Shown piece after piece: positions 20,927-31,390 of a DNA stretch of 64,000 nt (the stretch's first letter is position 1; each line of letters begins with the position of its first letter). Below the pieces are notes generated by a model. It did no database searches. It saw only the letters and a list, made by a program, of their open reading frames with translations, and was not told where the DNA came from. Source of the DNA: Bdellovibrionales bacterium (lineage in GTDB: Bacteria; Bdellovibrionota; Bdellovibrionia; Bdellovibrionales; UBA1609); NCBI GenBank assembly GCA_965261545.1, contig CBDHDF010000010.1, positions 160,001 through 224,000 on the forward strand. Reading direction: 5' to 3'. The position numbers were made by a program, and so were the translations under genes.

Positions 20927-21550
20927 GATAATACCTCCATTTATGGTTTAAGTTGAATCCTCACTCTCTGGTAAGGGTGTTCATTTTATTTTCTCAGGTC
21001 CCAATCCTAGATGCTCAGCAAGCCCACAGGGCAGGCAATCACCAAATTTGATTGTCGCCTCACATCGTCTAACAAATGACCTAGACATGGACCAAACCTT
21101 CTTTTGAAGCTCCTCAATTATGGCCCGGCGCAGACCCCGATGGGCAGAAGGGCCATAAAAGTGGAGTAAGAAAAGGAACAACGCAAAGCGCAAAAACTTA
21201 TCTTGCCTGACAAGTCCAACTTCTTCCGTTGCCCCAGCCCCGGGGGGCCAGTTCATGGAAAATTCCAAAAATTTAGGTCAACAACAGGTCAACAAAAAGT
21301 CAACTGACTTTGAAATAACCCGAAAGATTCAGAAATATAGACTTAAAATCATAGTCTCAAGTTGTGTGTTTTCAACTACTTAGAATGAATGAGCTTTTGC
21401 TCTTCGAAGAAGTTCGGAGAGATATTGCAATGAGTCATTGGCGGGGGTTCTCAGAAATGAGGAATTCCCATAATTTAGTTTACTTAAACAGGAAGAAAGA
21501 GAATTTTCATGAAATACCGAGAAATATTAATTGCTTATGGGGAAAAAGGC

Positions 21551-22714
21551 TTAGGGCTTTCCCTTAAAGTTACTCATACTCAAAACTCTGCCACTTGTAA
21601 TGCTATCCATCTGGGGCATGACATCAAGAACATCTGTTGCACCTTTGACTTCAACCCCTGCAAGCCTGACATAAATCTGAAAGGTCTTGATATCTCTCCA
21701 GCCACCGATTTTCATAACGGTGGCCTGATTGACTCCAGAGGCCAGCATGTGAGTGGCAAAGCAAGCTCTTAGTGAATGAAAGACGACATTGCTTTCAATG
21801 CCCAAGTCTTTCAAATACTGCCGCAGTATCTTACCAGCTTGACCATTCCTCCAAGCATAATGCCTTTCAAGAACAAGGTCTTCTGGAGTGGCGTTGTCCT
21901 TCCTAAGTTCCAAGATGACCGCTTTTAGGTCATTTGAAATAGGAACAGATCGCCAGTACCCAGCCTTCGTGCTTTTGATCGTGCGGCGAGCATCATTATA
22001 GGATTTTGATACGGTTATGATTCCTTTTTCGAGGTCAATGTCCTTCCACTGAAGGGCCATTAATTCTCCGCTTCTCATACCCGTACAAATAGCAAAAGCC
22101 CATGTGGGATACCAAGGGTTGTTGCTTGTTTTAGCCTGCTTAAGAAGCACCCTAAGCTCATCTTTTGTGAGAATCTTAGGGACCCTTTCTTCCTTAGTTC
22201 CTACAGTCAAACCTTCAGTGGGGCTTGAGTGAACACCTAAAGCGTATTTCTCCTCAATCGCCCATCTAAACACAACATTGACGGAAGATTTGATACTCCT
22301 TAAAAGACCAGTTCCAGCTCCCTGAGCCTTAGCTGAGTCTAAAGCCTGCCTTCCATCACCCTTGGTTAAATCAGAAACCCTACATTTCCACCAGATTTGT
22401 GTGTAATTTCTTAATCTGTTGACATGGGCTTGCACGATGGAGCGATCTAAGTATTTATCCCCAAGGTGTCCCGTCCGGGTTTTAATTTCCCATCGGTCCA
22501 CAATCTCACCCCAAGTGAGACCACGGCCTTCAAGTTTTGCCACTTCCTCAACAACGCTCTTAAAGAGCTTTTTTTCAAGCTTTAAGGCTTCTTTCAAAGT
22601 TGGAATGTTTTTCCTACTTCTCTGTAGCCTTAAAGTTGGACTTGCCTTCCCTCGTGCTTCAACATGAACACGAAAGAACTTTACTTCATTTTTCTTATAA
22701 CTACTTATGGCCAT
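21551..22714 (-). CDS. Tyrosine integrase, copy 2
   Basis: Protein identical to copy 1. 21372-22947 duplicates 1-1577. Confidence 0.93.
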   Translation of the reverse strand: MAISSYKKNEVKFFRVHVEARGKASPTLRLQRSRKNIPTLKEALKLEKKLFKSVVEEVAKLEGRGLTWGEIVDRWEIKTRTGHLGDKYLDRSIVQAHVNRLRNYTQIWWKCRVSDLTKGDGRQALDSAKAQGAGTGLLRSIKSSVNVVFRWAIEEKYALGVHSSPTEGLTVGTKEERVPKILTKDELRVLLKQAKTSNNPWYPTWAFAICTGMRSGELMALQWKDIDLEKGIITVSKSYNDARRTIKSTKAGYWRSVPISNDLKAVILELRKDNATPEDLVLERHYAWRNGQAGKILRQYLKDLGIESNVVFHSLRACFATHMLASGVNQATVMKIGGWRDIKTFQIYVRLAGVEVKGATDVLDVMPQMDSITSGRVLSMSNFKGKP

Positions 22715-22978
22715 TATAAACCTCCTTAAATGCTGAGGTTTCAATAAGGACGCAAAGCTTATCTTTTCTGAAGTAAAATTTCCCTCGAAACTGCCTTGCT
22801 CTTAGAAGTCCTCTATGAGCGAGAATCCTAATCGCATTGGCACTTTTCCGAAGGTATTAAGCAGCTTCTTCTGTTGTTAACCAAACTAAATTGTCAAAGA
22901 GCATATCAGAGTCGCACATTTTGTGATGAACACTCTGACCACTGCCACACCTTTCGTCCTGACAGCTATCTATAGTCA
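22714..22978 (-). pseudogene. Excisionase pseudogene, copy 2
   Basis: Same TAA lesion as copy 1. 5' end diverged, boundary approximate. Confidence 0.7.
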
Positions 22979-23018
22979 TAGCAAATACTTCTATCTAAGA
23001 CAAGTTTGATTCCTAAGA

Positions 23019-24907
23019 GAGCCTGTAAACTATTTTGTGTAACTGCCGAATCATATTAGGATGAACTATCATCCTGAAAGGAGAAGGCAGAATGGATATC
23101 AAGACAATAGGCAAGGAACTAGCGAAGAACGTCAAGACCCAAAAGGATTTATCCGACATAACGGGTCAACTGATGAAGGTTGTTTTAGAGACGGCCCTTA
23201 ATGCGGAAATGGACGATCACCTAGGTTATGAGAGGCATGAGAAGTCTGAGACCCGCAAATCCAACACTCGCAATGGTTACAGTAGAAAGACCATAAAGGG
23301 AGAGAAAGGCGAGGTGGAGCTTCAGGTCCCCCGTGACCGAAGTGCCTCCTTTGAACCTCAAGTCATTCCCAAGGGTAAGACTCGTCTTGAGGGCTTTGAA
23401 GACAGTATCCTGACCCTCTATGCGAGGGGAATGACGACCAGGGATATTCAAGGAGCTATCAAAGACCTCTACCATGGTGCAGAGATATCCCACTCAGTGA
23501 TAGCCAACGTGACGGATGCTGTTATTGATGAAGTTACGGCTTGGCAGAACCGCCCCTTGGATAGCACTTACCCTATCGTATTTTTGGACTGTATCGTGGT
23601 GAAGGTCCATCAAGACAAGAGAGTTATTAATAAGGCGATTTACCTAGCTCTTGGTATTACAGAGGAGGGTCAGAAAGACTTGTTGGGCCTATGGATTTCT
23701 GAAAATGAGGGTTCAAAGTTTTGGTTGAGTGTTTTGACTGAGCTGCAAAATCGAGGGTTGAAAGATGTATTTATATTTTCTGTAGATGGTCTTACAGGTT
23801 TTCCTCAAGCCATTTCAGCGGCTTTTCCCAAGTCTAAAGTGCAACTGTGCATTGTCCATATGGTCCGCAATTCCCTTCGCTATGTTCCTTCCAAGGATAT
23901 GAAAGCTGTCGCCCAAGACCTCAAGTCCATTTATGGCTCTACGACTCTGACAGAAGCTGAAAAGGCCCTTGAGGAATTTTGTACCAAGTGGTCTTCAAAG
24001 TATCCTAATATTGAAAAGTCTTGGCGTAGGAATTGGGACAATCTCATCACTATTTTCGATTATCCGGATGAAATCAGAAAGATTTTTTATACCACAAACG
24101 CCATAGAGTCGTTAAATAGCGTGATCCGCAAGGCGATCAGAAATCGTAAGATATTTCCCAGTGATCGGTCGGCTTTAAAAGTTGTATATTTAGCGATAAA
24201 AATGGCCTCTAAGCGATGGACACGACCATTACACAACTGGAAGCCAGCCATGAACAGGTTTGCCATTGAATACGGTGACCGTTTTGACAACTAAGTTTTT
24301 TAATAAGGTCCACCACCTGCCTTATAAGGGGGCTTAAAAGCCCCTCTAAGGCGTTGACAGAAGTACTGGAATACCGAGACTATGGTTAGGGTAATATAGT
24401 ATGGGAACCTAAATACATGCCCTCTTGGTGCAGATTTGGGTTCCCATTTTTTTTCATATTTCATCCCAATTCTGGTATTTCTCGAATATCCTAAGTTAAA
24501 AAAAATAAAAAAAAGGGGGTAATATAGTATGGGAACCTAAACACATGAACCCTTTGATGAGATTGGAATTTCCATTTTTTTGAGAGAGCCATTGCTGATT
24601 TTTTTTCAACCAAGATGATAATTATTTATTTGAGTTCTTTCCAGTTCTGATATGATCCCATTACGGCTCCATAATACAATCAAAAGTCCAGAGTAACTAA
24701 AGAGGCCAATTATATAGACCAGCGAAGATGTCCACCTCCCCATTAACTTATAATGCATTGTGACTGACAAAATCGCTTGAAGGAAAAAATGTCAATTATA
24801 CATTGACGAATAATATGGGACTGTGCTTTTTACCAGGAGTGGAGCCACATAAGTGGCTTTAAGATTTAAGAAAAAAATTGCAGTTACACAATTATTTTTA
24901 CAGTCCC
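23019..24907 (+). mobile_element. IS256-family insertion sequence with a long 3' non-coding region
   Basis: TIRs GAGCCTGTAAA..TTTACAGTCCC. 8-bp TSD TCCTAAGA at 23011-23018 and 24908-24915. Confidence 0.92.
23092..24294 (+). CDS. IS256-family transposase
   Basis: RNGY, VPRDR..FEP, FLDC, DGL.GF, QLCIVH..RN and TTNAIES motifs. Confidence 0.95.
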   Translation: MDIKTIGKELAKNVKTQKDLSDITGQLMKVVLETALNAEMDDHLGYERHEKSETRKSNTRNGYSRKTIKGEKGEVELQVPRDRSASFEPQVIPKGKTRLEGFEDSILTLYARGMTTRDIQGAIKDLYHGAEISHSVIANVTDAVIDEVTAWQNRPLDSTYPIVFLDCIVVKVHQDKRVINKAIYLALGITEEGQKDLLGLWISENEGSKFWLSVLTELQNRGLKDVFIFSVDGLTGFPQAISAAFPKSKVQLCIVHMVRNSLRYVPSKDMKAVAQDLKSIYGSTTLTEAEKALEEFCTKWSSKYPNIEKSWRRNWDNLITIFDYPDEIRKIFYTTNAIESLNSVIRKAIRNRKIFPSDRSALKVVYLAIKMASKRWTRPLHNWKPAMNRFAIEYGDRFDN

Positions 24908-25025
24908 TCCTAAGAATCAACTAGAATTTTTTAAATTTTTTTGGTGCTTGGGACATGATCCCTAACTTGAAATTTATCACAAAATCAGCTCTGGTTTTAT
25001 GACAGGTATTGACCAAAGATTTTCA

Positions 25026-26030
25026 TCATTTGGAAGGAGTAACAAAAGAATTAGGAAAGGATTTGATATAAAGGTCTATAACAGAACTTGGGTTGACATC
25101 AGGGGTTCCAATTTTAGAAAAAAAAATTCCCATGATATTCAAAAGCCTATCAGAAAAATTCTCAGTTAACGATATAACTCTTTTTTCTTTCAAAAGATTG
25201 CTTAATGTTCCATCTTTTTGAACTTCTTCCTTAATTTTTAAAGTAATCATATCATCTAACTGAATAATATAAGATAAATCATGACCTTGACTCGAAAGAG
25301 GAGTGCTGGGTTCGTAGTAAAAGATTCCTGATGAATCCATTTGATTGAGAAATAACTTGGGCAACTTATTCTTTATCGCACTAGAGTTTAAATTAATTTT
25401 ACTCTCTTTCTTCTTTTTCTTAACCTCTTGATTAAATGATTTAACTGTTTTTAACCAAATTTCTGATTTACGAAAGCGAATCAAGTTTTCTGTCAATATT
25501 TGACTATCTTTGGAATACTCTCTGAGGCTGTCTAAAAGACTATCTAATGATTGGGTCTGTTCCGCTCCTTCTTTAAGAATTCCCTCAATTTTTTTAAGAA
25601 TACTTTTTATAGATTTTTCGGGCTCTTTATTTTTCTTAAGAAATATTTTGTATGACTCTATAAAAGACTGTTCAAGAGAAGGAACATTTCCTTGAACGAA
25701 AGGACTATTCCCTAAAACTCCCTCTTTTAAAACATCCATTAATCCCTGAAGAGGTGCGAGGAATAAATTGTTTTTGAAGTGTCGATTTTTCTCCTTATCT
25801 TGAACCATATCACACGCCTTATTGAGGATAGCCCAAAGACAGTGTTTATATTTTAGGTCATTATTGTACTGTTTAAAGAGGTCTAATATTGAATCATGCT
25901 TTACAATATTCTTAAAATCATCAATTTTGAGTAAAACAACATCTCCAGTCTTTAAACTAAAACTTTTTTCTGGATACATGACCGAGGGGTAATTCTTTAA
26001 ATGTGACATAGTACTGCTACTATTAGCCAT
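25026..26030 (-). CDS. Hypothetical protein (GD..ACD..KIGxPD), cargo
   Basis: 334-aa AT-rich ORF, no family confidently recognised. Confidence 0.75.
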   Translation of the reverse strand: MANSSSTMSHLKNYPSVMYPEKSFSLKTGDVVLLKIDDFKNIVKHDSILDLFKQYNNDLKYKHCLWAILNKACDMVQDKEKNRHFKNNLFLAPLQGLMDVLKEGVLGNSPFVQGNVPSLEQSFIESYKIFLKKNKEPEKSIKSILKKIEGILKEGAEQTQSLDSLLDSLREYSKDSQILTENLIRFRKSEIWLKTVKSFNQEVKKKKKESKINLNSSAIKNKLPKLFLNQMDSSGIFYYEPSTPLSSQGHDLSYIIQLDDMITLKIKEEVQKDGTLSNLLKEKRVISLTENFSDRLLNIMGIFFSKIGTPDVNPSSVIDLYIKSFPNSFVTPSK

Positions 26031-26057
26031 GATAAAAAATTGAAGAAAAATAGAAAA

Positions 26058-26249
26058 TTATGAATTTTTTTGCCTAATAGCTTCTGTAGATGCCACAACA
26101 AATGAATATGGAACCACAGGCTTGTAGTTCTTCCAAGCTTGGCCTAAAGATTTACAGTGACTTTGAGGTGAGAGGTCTTTAGACTTTCCATCATTACTTG
26201 TAATTGTATGCTCTGCATCTGTCTTTTTTGTGTCCGTCTTTTTTTTCAT
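26058..26249 (-). CDS. Small hypothetical protein, probably co-transcribed with 25026-26030
   Basis: AGGGAG RBS, ATG, 27-bp gap to the next ORF. Confidence 0.55.
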   Translation of the reverse strand: MKKKTDTKKTDAEHTITSNDGKSKDLSPQSHCKSLGQAWKNYKPVVPYSFVVASTEAIRQKNS

Positions 26250-26903
26250 AATTCTCCCTTATAAGCTTTTCGGCTTTTTAGCGCCCAAACTAAAGTCAGA
26301 ACTCCTCAAATTGCCCCCTTTAAGCTGCTCTACTAATACAATTAATGAATGGTAACTTTTACCTTACTTGTCCCTGTCAGCTCTTCAAAGTAATTTTCTT
26401 AGGGTCCTAGTTCTCTTGGTTGGACAACAATCTTCCTAGCAAAAACAAGGATTTAGCACATATGGAGCGAGAAAATGAACACGCTATAACCGAATTAGCT
26501 TGCCTGAAAATCTTATCCCAACTACTATAACTGACATAACTATGAGTATGTCAATATTATATTAATATTGACATAATATTTATATGATACAATAAGACAT
26601 GGTGCGGTCAACAGAATGTTCCCTTAAGACTTGTAGTTAGATTAGTAGAGGTACAGTGGAAAGGTGTGCATATAAGCAGTAACTTTTGAGCAACCTCCCA
26701 ATGTCTCCTGGATTTTAGGTAGTTTCTGTCCATGAATGACCCTTTTTACTTATTCATGGCTTCTCAAACCCCGTTACATTTGAGTAGAAAACGGGGTGGG
26801 GTTTTCAGAAATGAGGAATTCCCATAATTTAGTTTACTTAAACAGGAAGAAGAGGGATTCTCACGAAATACCGAGAAATATTAATTGCTTATGGGAAAAA
26901 GGC

Positions 26904-28067
26904 TTAGGGCTTTTCCTTAAAGTTACTCATACTCAAAACTCTGCCACTTGTAATGCTATCCATCTGGGGCATGACATCAAGAACATCTGTTGCACCTTTG
27001 ACTTCAACCCCTGCAAGCCTGACATAAATCTGAAAGGTCTTGATATCTCTCCAGCCACCGATTTTCATAACGGTGGCCTGATTGACTCCAGAGGCCAGCA
27101 TGTGAGTGGCAAAGCAAGCTCTTAGTGAATGAAAGACGACATTGCTTTCAATGCCCAAGTCTTTCAAATACTGCCGCAGTATCTTACCAGCTTGACCATT
27201 CCTCCAAGCATAATGCCTTTCAAGAACAAGGTCTTCTGGAGTGGCGTTGTCCTTCCTAAGTTCCAAGATGACCGCTTTTAGGTCATTTGAAATAGGAACA
27301 GATCGCCAGTACCCAGCCTTAGTGCTTTTGATCGTGCGGCGAGCATCATTATAGGATTTTGATACGGTTATGATTCCTTTTTCGAGGTCAATGTCCTTCC
27401 ACTGAAGGGCCATTAATTCTCCGCTTCTCATACCCGTACAAATAGCAAAAGCCCATGTGGGATACCAAGGGTTGTTGCTTGTTTTAGCCTGCTTAAGAAG
27501 CACCCTAAGCTCATCTTTTGTGAGAATCTTAGGGACCCTTTCTTCCTTAGTTCCTACAGTCAAACCTTCAGTGGGGCTTGAGTGAACACCTAAAGCGTAT
27601 TTCTCCTCAATCGCCCATCTAAACACAACATTGACGGAAGATTTGATACTCCTTAAAAGACCAGTTCCAGCTCCCTGAGCCTTAGCTGAGTCTAAAACCT
27701 GCCTTCCATCACCCTTGGTTAAATCAGAAACCCTACATTTCCACCAGATTTGTGTGTAATTTCTTAATCTGTTGACATGGGCTTGCACGATGGAGCGATC
27801 TAAGTATTTATCCCCAAGGTGTCCCGTCCGGGTTTTAATTTCCCATCGGTCCACAATCTCACCCCAAGTGAGACCACGGCCTTCAAGTTTTGCCACTTCC
27901 TCAACAACGCTCTTAAAGAGCTTTTTTTCAAGCTTTAAGGCTTCTTTCAAAGTTGGAATGTTTTTCCTACTTCTCTGTAGCCTTAAAGTTGGACTTGCCT
28001 TCCCTCGTGCTTCAACATGAACACGAAAGAACTTTACTTCATTTTTCTTATAACTACTTATGGCCAT
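26904..28067 (-). CDS. Tyrosine integrase, copy 3
   Basis: Two amino-acid differences from copies 1 and 2. Confidence 0.93.
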   Translation of the reverse strand: MAISSYKKNEVKFFRVHVEARGKASPTLRLQRSRKNIPTLKEALKLEKKLFKSVVEEVAKLEGRGLTWGEIVDRWEIKTRTGHLGDKYLDRSIVQAHVNRLRNYTQIWWKCRVSDLTKGDGRQVLDSAKAQGAGTGLLRSIKSSVNVVFRWAIEEKYALGVHSSPTEGLTVGTKEERVPKILTKDELRVLLKQAKTSNNPWYPTWAFAICTGMRSGELMALQWKDIDLEKGIITVSKSYNDARRTIKSTKAGYWRSVPISNDLKAVILELRKDNATPEDLVLERHYAWRNGQAGKILRQYLKDLGIESNVVFHSLRACFATHMLASGVNQATVMKIGGWRDIKTFQIYVRLAGVEVKGATDVLDVMPQMDSITSGRVLSMSNFKEKP

Positions 28068-28329
28068 TATAAACCTCCTTAAATGCTGAGGTTTCAATAA
28101 GGACGCAAAGCTTATCTTTTCTGAAGTAAAATTTCCCTCGAAACTGCCTTGCTCTTAGAAGTTCTCTATGAGCGAGAATCCTAATCGCATTGGCACTTTT
28201 CCGAAGGTATTAAGCAGCTTCTTCTGTTGTTAACCAAACTAAATTGTCAAAGAGCATATCAGAGTTGCAATATTTCATGACTACACCCTGACCCCTGCCG
28301 TCTTTCTGCTGACAGTTGTCTGTAACCAT
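28067..28329 (-). pseudogene. Excisionase pseudogene, copy 3
   Basis: Same in-frame TAA as copies 1 and 2. Confidence 0.75.
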
Positions 28330-28397
28330 ATCAAAAATTTCTGTGGTTAGACAAGTAAAATTTAAAGAAATTGATTCTAAGAAAATTTAGAAGAGTA

Positions 28398-28799
28398 TCA
28401 CACTTTAATCTTCCAGTCTTTTCTTTCTGGAAAAATCATTTGCATACTTTTCACTTGCCAATCAGGCCAACTAGAAACTTCAAAGACAGCCTCTTGATGA
28501 CTCTCCTCAAAAGTGCGATTGGAGCAACTGTTCTCTACCTGAGGACTAGGTTGCCCCTTAATCTTCCAGTCTTTTCTTTCTGGAAAAATCATTTGCATAC
28601 TTTTTACTTGCCAATCAGGCCAGCTAGAGACTTCAAGGACAGCCTCTTGATAGCGTTCCTCAAAAGTGCGCTTTAAATCCGATTTTCTTCTCTCTTCTGA
28701 TGAGAACGAAACATCATTTTCTTTCTCTTTGCTCTTTGGATTTGATAAATTTTTATCGTTATAAAATCTTTCTTTTTCTACTTCAGTCATAAAAAACAC
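28398..28799 (-). CDS. WPDW-repeat small protein, second copy
   Basis: Diverged but intact homolog of 1675-2076. Confidence 0.65.
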   Translation of the reverse strand: MFFMTEVEKERFYNDKNLSNPKSKEKENDVSFSSEERRKSDLKRTFEERYQEAVLEVSSWPDWQVKSMQMIFPERKDWKIKGQPSPQVENSCSNRTFEESHQEAVFEVSSWPDWQVKSMQMIFPERKDWKIKV

Positions 28800-29520
28800 C
28801 TAAGCATCGAAGCCTTTCTTAATTTCTGCATTTATAAATATTTCTTTACCAAGATATTGTTGAGCCTCCACCTTGACCCTCACTTCTTGATTCTTCCGCC
28901 TTTTTTATTCCTTCTTTATTGATTAAAAAAGAAATTCTCTGATTTTCAGAGGAAAATACGCCTATTTGATAGTAGGCATCTCCATATGTTCTACTCAATA
29001 ACTTAGATTCATCTGGGTGTTTTATGGAATTAAATATATAAGCCACACCGGTGGATAGATGCTCTTTGCTTTCACCTTTATTTCTATCACCTAGATGTTC
29101 TTTTATCTCTTCTCTTTTTTCCTGAATCTGAATCACTGCATATTCAGACAGAAGGGAGCCTCGTTTCCTCCTAGCTTGTGTTCCTAATGTCATCTGACTG
29201 CTAATTTCATCGAATCGATTCGACGACTTATCGACCTTAAATTTATTAGATTCTTCAGGGCTAAGATTGAGGATCTGTATAAAATTCTCATCCTCTAAGA
29301 AGTCACTAAACTTAAGAGTTTCAACTTTATAGTTAAACTGGGACAATATATTTTTAATCTGGCCTTGAACAGATTTTAAATTTAAGCCAGTAGCCCCTAT
29401 CAAGCCAATAAATAGCTCTGTTCTTTCTCCGTCTCTAGACTGTTCCCACTTAGTACTCATTCTTCCTCTCAATGACTTGTAGTCGTAAAAAGATAATATA
29501 GAGAGATTCTTGAGATGCAA
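28800..29520 (-). pseudogene. dCTP deaminase copy with about 0.89-kb internal deletion of the catalytic domain
   Basis: The junction near 28899 joins the equivalents of about 3070 and 2178 in the intact gene. Confidence 0.88.
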
Positions 29521-29587
29521 GCTCTATTTTATCATCAGAGGGCACCAATTTGTGACCTTTGCAGGCCCTTAGTTATCTAAATTTTAC

Positions 29588-31302
29588 GTAACTATTCAGG
29601 GGGTGCTGCATTAATTCGAACAATTTTTTTAAAAAAAGTATAAAAATTCTTGACAAGTTTTTGAAGCAAACGACCTCTTTCATTTGTTCTTTATCGAATA
29701 TGTTCCTGCATATGCCTTAAACTCTCTGAGAGCCATAGTATTGAAAGATTGTGAAACATAGGTCGCAGGGGGCACTTCTCATTCCTTTTGCTTCTTAGAA
29801 CGAATCCTAGTGCATTTTTTTTAATGAAAAAAAGGCATGTTAATATTTTCATAAGGTAAGTATGAAAATAGAAAATATTGACGTGTCTTCAGCCATAAAT
29901 AAAATCAGGAAGCTTCTTAAGAAAGAGAAGTCCCTTTCTCCCGCTTTTATTGTGGCCATTGAGTTGTTGATCAAAATCATCACTATTCTAGTAAATCAAA
30001 AAAAATTAAATAGTCAAAACAGTAGTATTGCCCCTTCTCAAGATCCGAATGGCCCTAAAAAGAAACCTAAGGAAGAAACTGGTAAGAAGCCAGGAGGACA
30101 ACCCGGACACGAAGGAGCTACTTTAAAACCCGTGGATACTCCAGACAAGGTGGAGTTCATTTCTATTAATAAAGAGGAACTTCCTCCAGGTGATTACATT
30201 TCTTCTGGAGTTGAAAAGCGTCAAGTATTTGAGGTAGACCTTTCTGTGCATGTCACGGAGTATCAAGGAGAAATCCTCGAAGACCAAGATGGGAATCAGT
30301 GGGTTGCAGGTTTTCCAGAAGGAATCAATAACCCAACTCAATATGGCCCTTCTGTGAAAGCTCACTCAGTTTATATGTCCCAGTTTCAGTTAATCCCTCA
30401 TCTTCGAGTCGCAAGTTACTTTAATCAATGGGGTCTATCGCTTGCTGGATCTACGGTACACAATTTTAACAAATCTGCCTTTGAGGCTCTGGAAGCTTTT
30501 GAGGAGTGGGCAAAGGAAACTCTTCTGAACTCACCTTTGATTCATGCTGACGAAACTGGAGTGAATGTTAATGGGAAGAGGCTGTGGTTTCACCTCTTGT
30601 CCAATGATACTGTGGTTCTCTATCAGGTGGACGAAAAAAGAGGCGCAGAGGCTATGGATCGCATGGGAATTCTTCCAAAATACACAGGGATTGTTTGTCA
30701 TGACCATTGGAAACCTTATTATACATATACTTCCTGCATTCATGCCCTTTGCAATGCGCACCATTTAAGGGAGCTTCAAAGAGCTTGGGAGCAAGATGAT
30801 CAAAAATGGGCAAAAGAAATGAAGTCTCTTTTAGAGACAATAAACAAAGAGGTGCACGATACGCAGAACCAATGCCTTTCACAAGACCGAATTGAATATT
30901 ACAAAGAGAAATATCGAAATATTCTCTTCGAAGGGGAAAAGGAATCTCCATTAATGGAGAGGACAGAGAAAAAAAAGAAGGGAAAGGTTAAACAATCCAA
31001 ATCTAGAAATTTACTAGATCGACTGAGAAACTTTGAAGATGATACCTTGCTCTTTATGAAGGACCCCATAGTTCCATTTACGAATAATATAGCAGAAAAT
31101 GATCTGAGAATGACCAAAGTTCAGCAGAAAATATCTGGGTGCTTTCGTTCGTTGATGGGAGCCAAGACATTTTGTAGAAACCGAAGCTTTCTCCTGACTT
31201 GCCAGAAAAATGGCATAGAACCTAAAGATGCTCTAAATATGCTATTTCAAGGAAAACTTCCCTCATTTATGACTCGAATTCGCCCACCCCCTGAATAGTT
31301 AC
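29588..31302 (+). mobile_element. IS66-family (single-ORF, ISBst12-like) insertion sequence
   Basis: 18-bp perfect TIR GTAACTATTCAGGGGGTG. Confidence 0.9.
29862..31298 (+). CDS. IS66-family transposase
   Basis: NS.NSS.APSQD, GGQPGH.G, HADET, CNAHHLREL and PFTNN.AE.DLR motifs. Confidence 0.92.
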   Translation: MKIENIDVSSAINKIRKLLKKEKSLSPAFIVAIELLIKIITILVNQKKLNSQNSSIAPSQDPNGPKKKPKEETGKKPGGQPGHEGATLKPVDTPDKVEFISINKEELPPGDYISSGVEKRQVFEVDLSVHVTEYQGEILEDQDGNQWVAGFPEGINNPTQYGPSVKAHSVYMSQFQLIPHLRVASYFNQWGLSLAGSTVHNFNKSAFEALEAFEEWAKETLLNSPLIHADETGVNVNGKRLWFHLLSNDTVVLYQVDEKRGAEAMDRMGILPKYTGIVCHDHWKPYYTYTSCIHALCNAHHLRELQRAWEQDDQKWAKEMKSLLETINKEVHDTQNQCLSQDRIEYYKEKYRNILFEGEKESPLMERTEKKKKGKVKQSKSRNLLDRLRNFEDDTLLFMKDPIVPFTNNIAENDLRMTKVQQKISGCFRSLMGAKTFCRNRSFLLTCQKNGIEPKDALNMLFQGKLPSFMTRIRPPPE

Positions 31303-31390
31303 TATGAATCTCCGGGGTAGTTTGGACGCACGAATCCACTATCCGTTCTTCGAATTTTTTCAAATGTCCGAGTTTTTAAATCATCCTACA

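Noticed and set aside
21340..21350. tRNA gene
   Set aside because: Only an anticodon-arm-like 11-mer; no D arm, T arm or acceptor stem.
24354..24390. Sigma70 promoter at TTGACA in the IS256 tail
   Set aside because: No acceptable -10 hexamer at 16-18 bp spacing.
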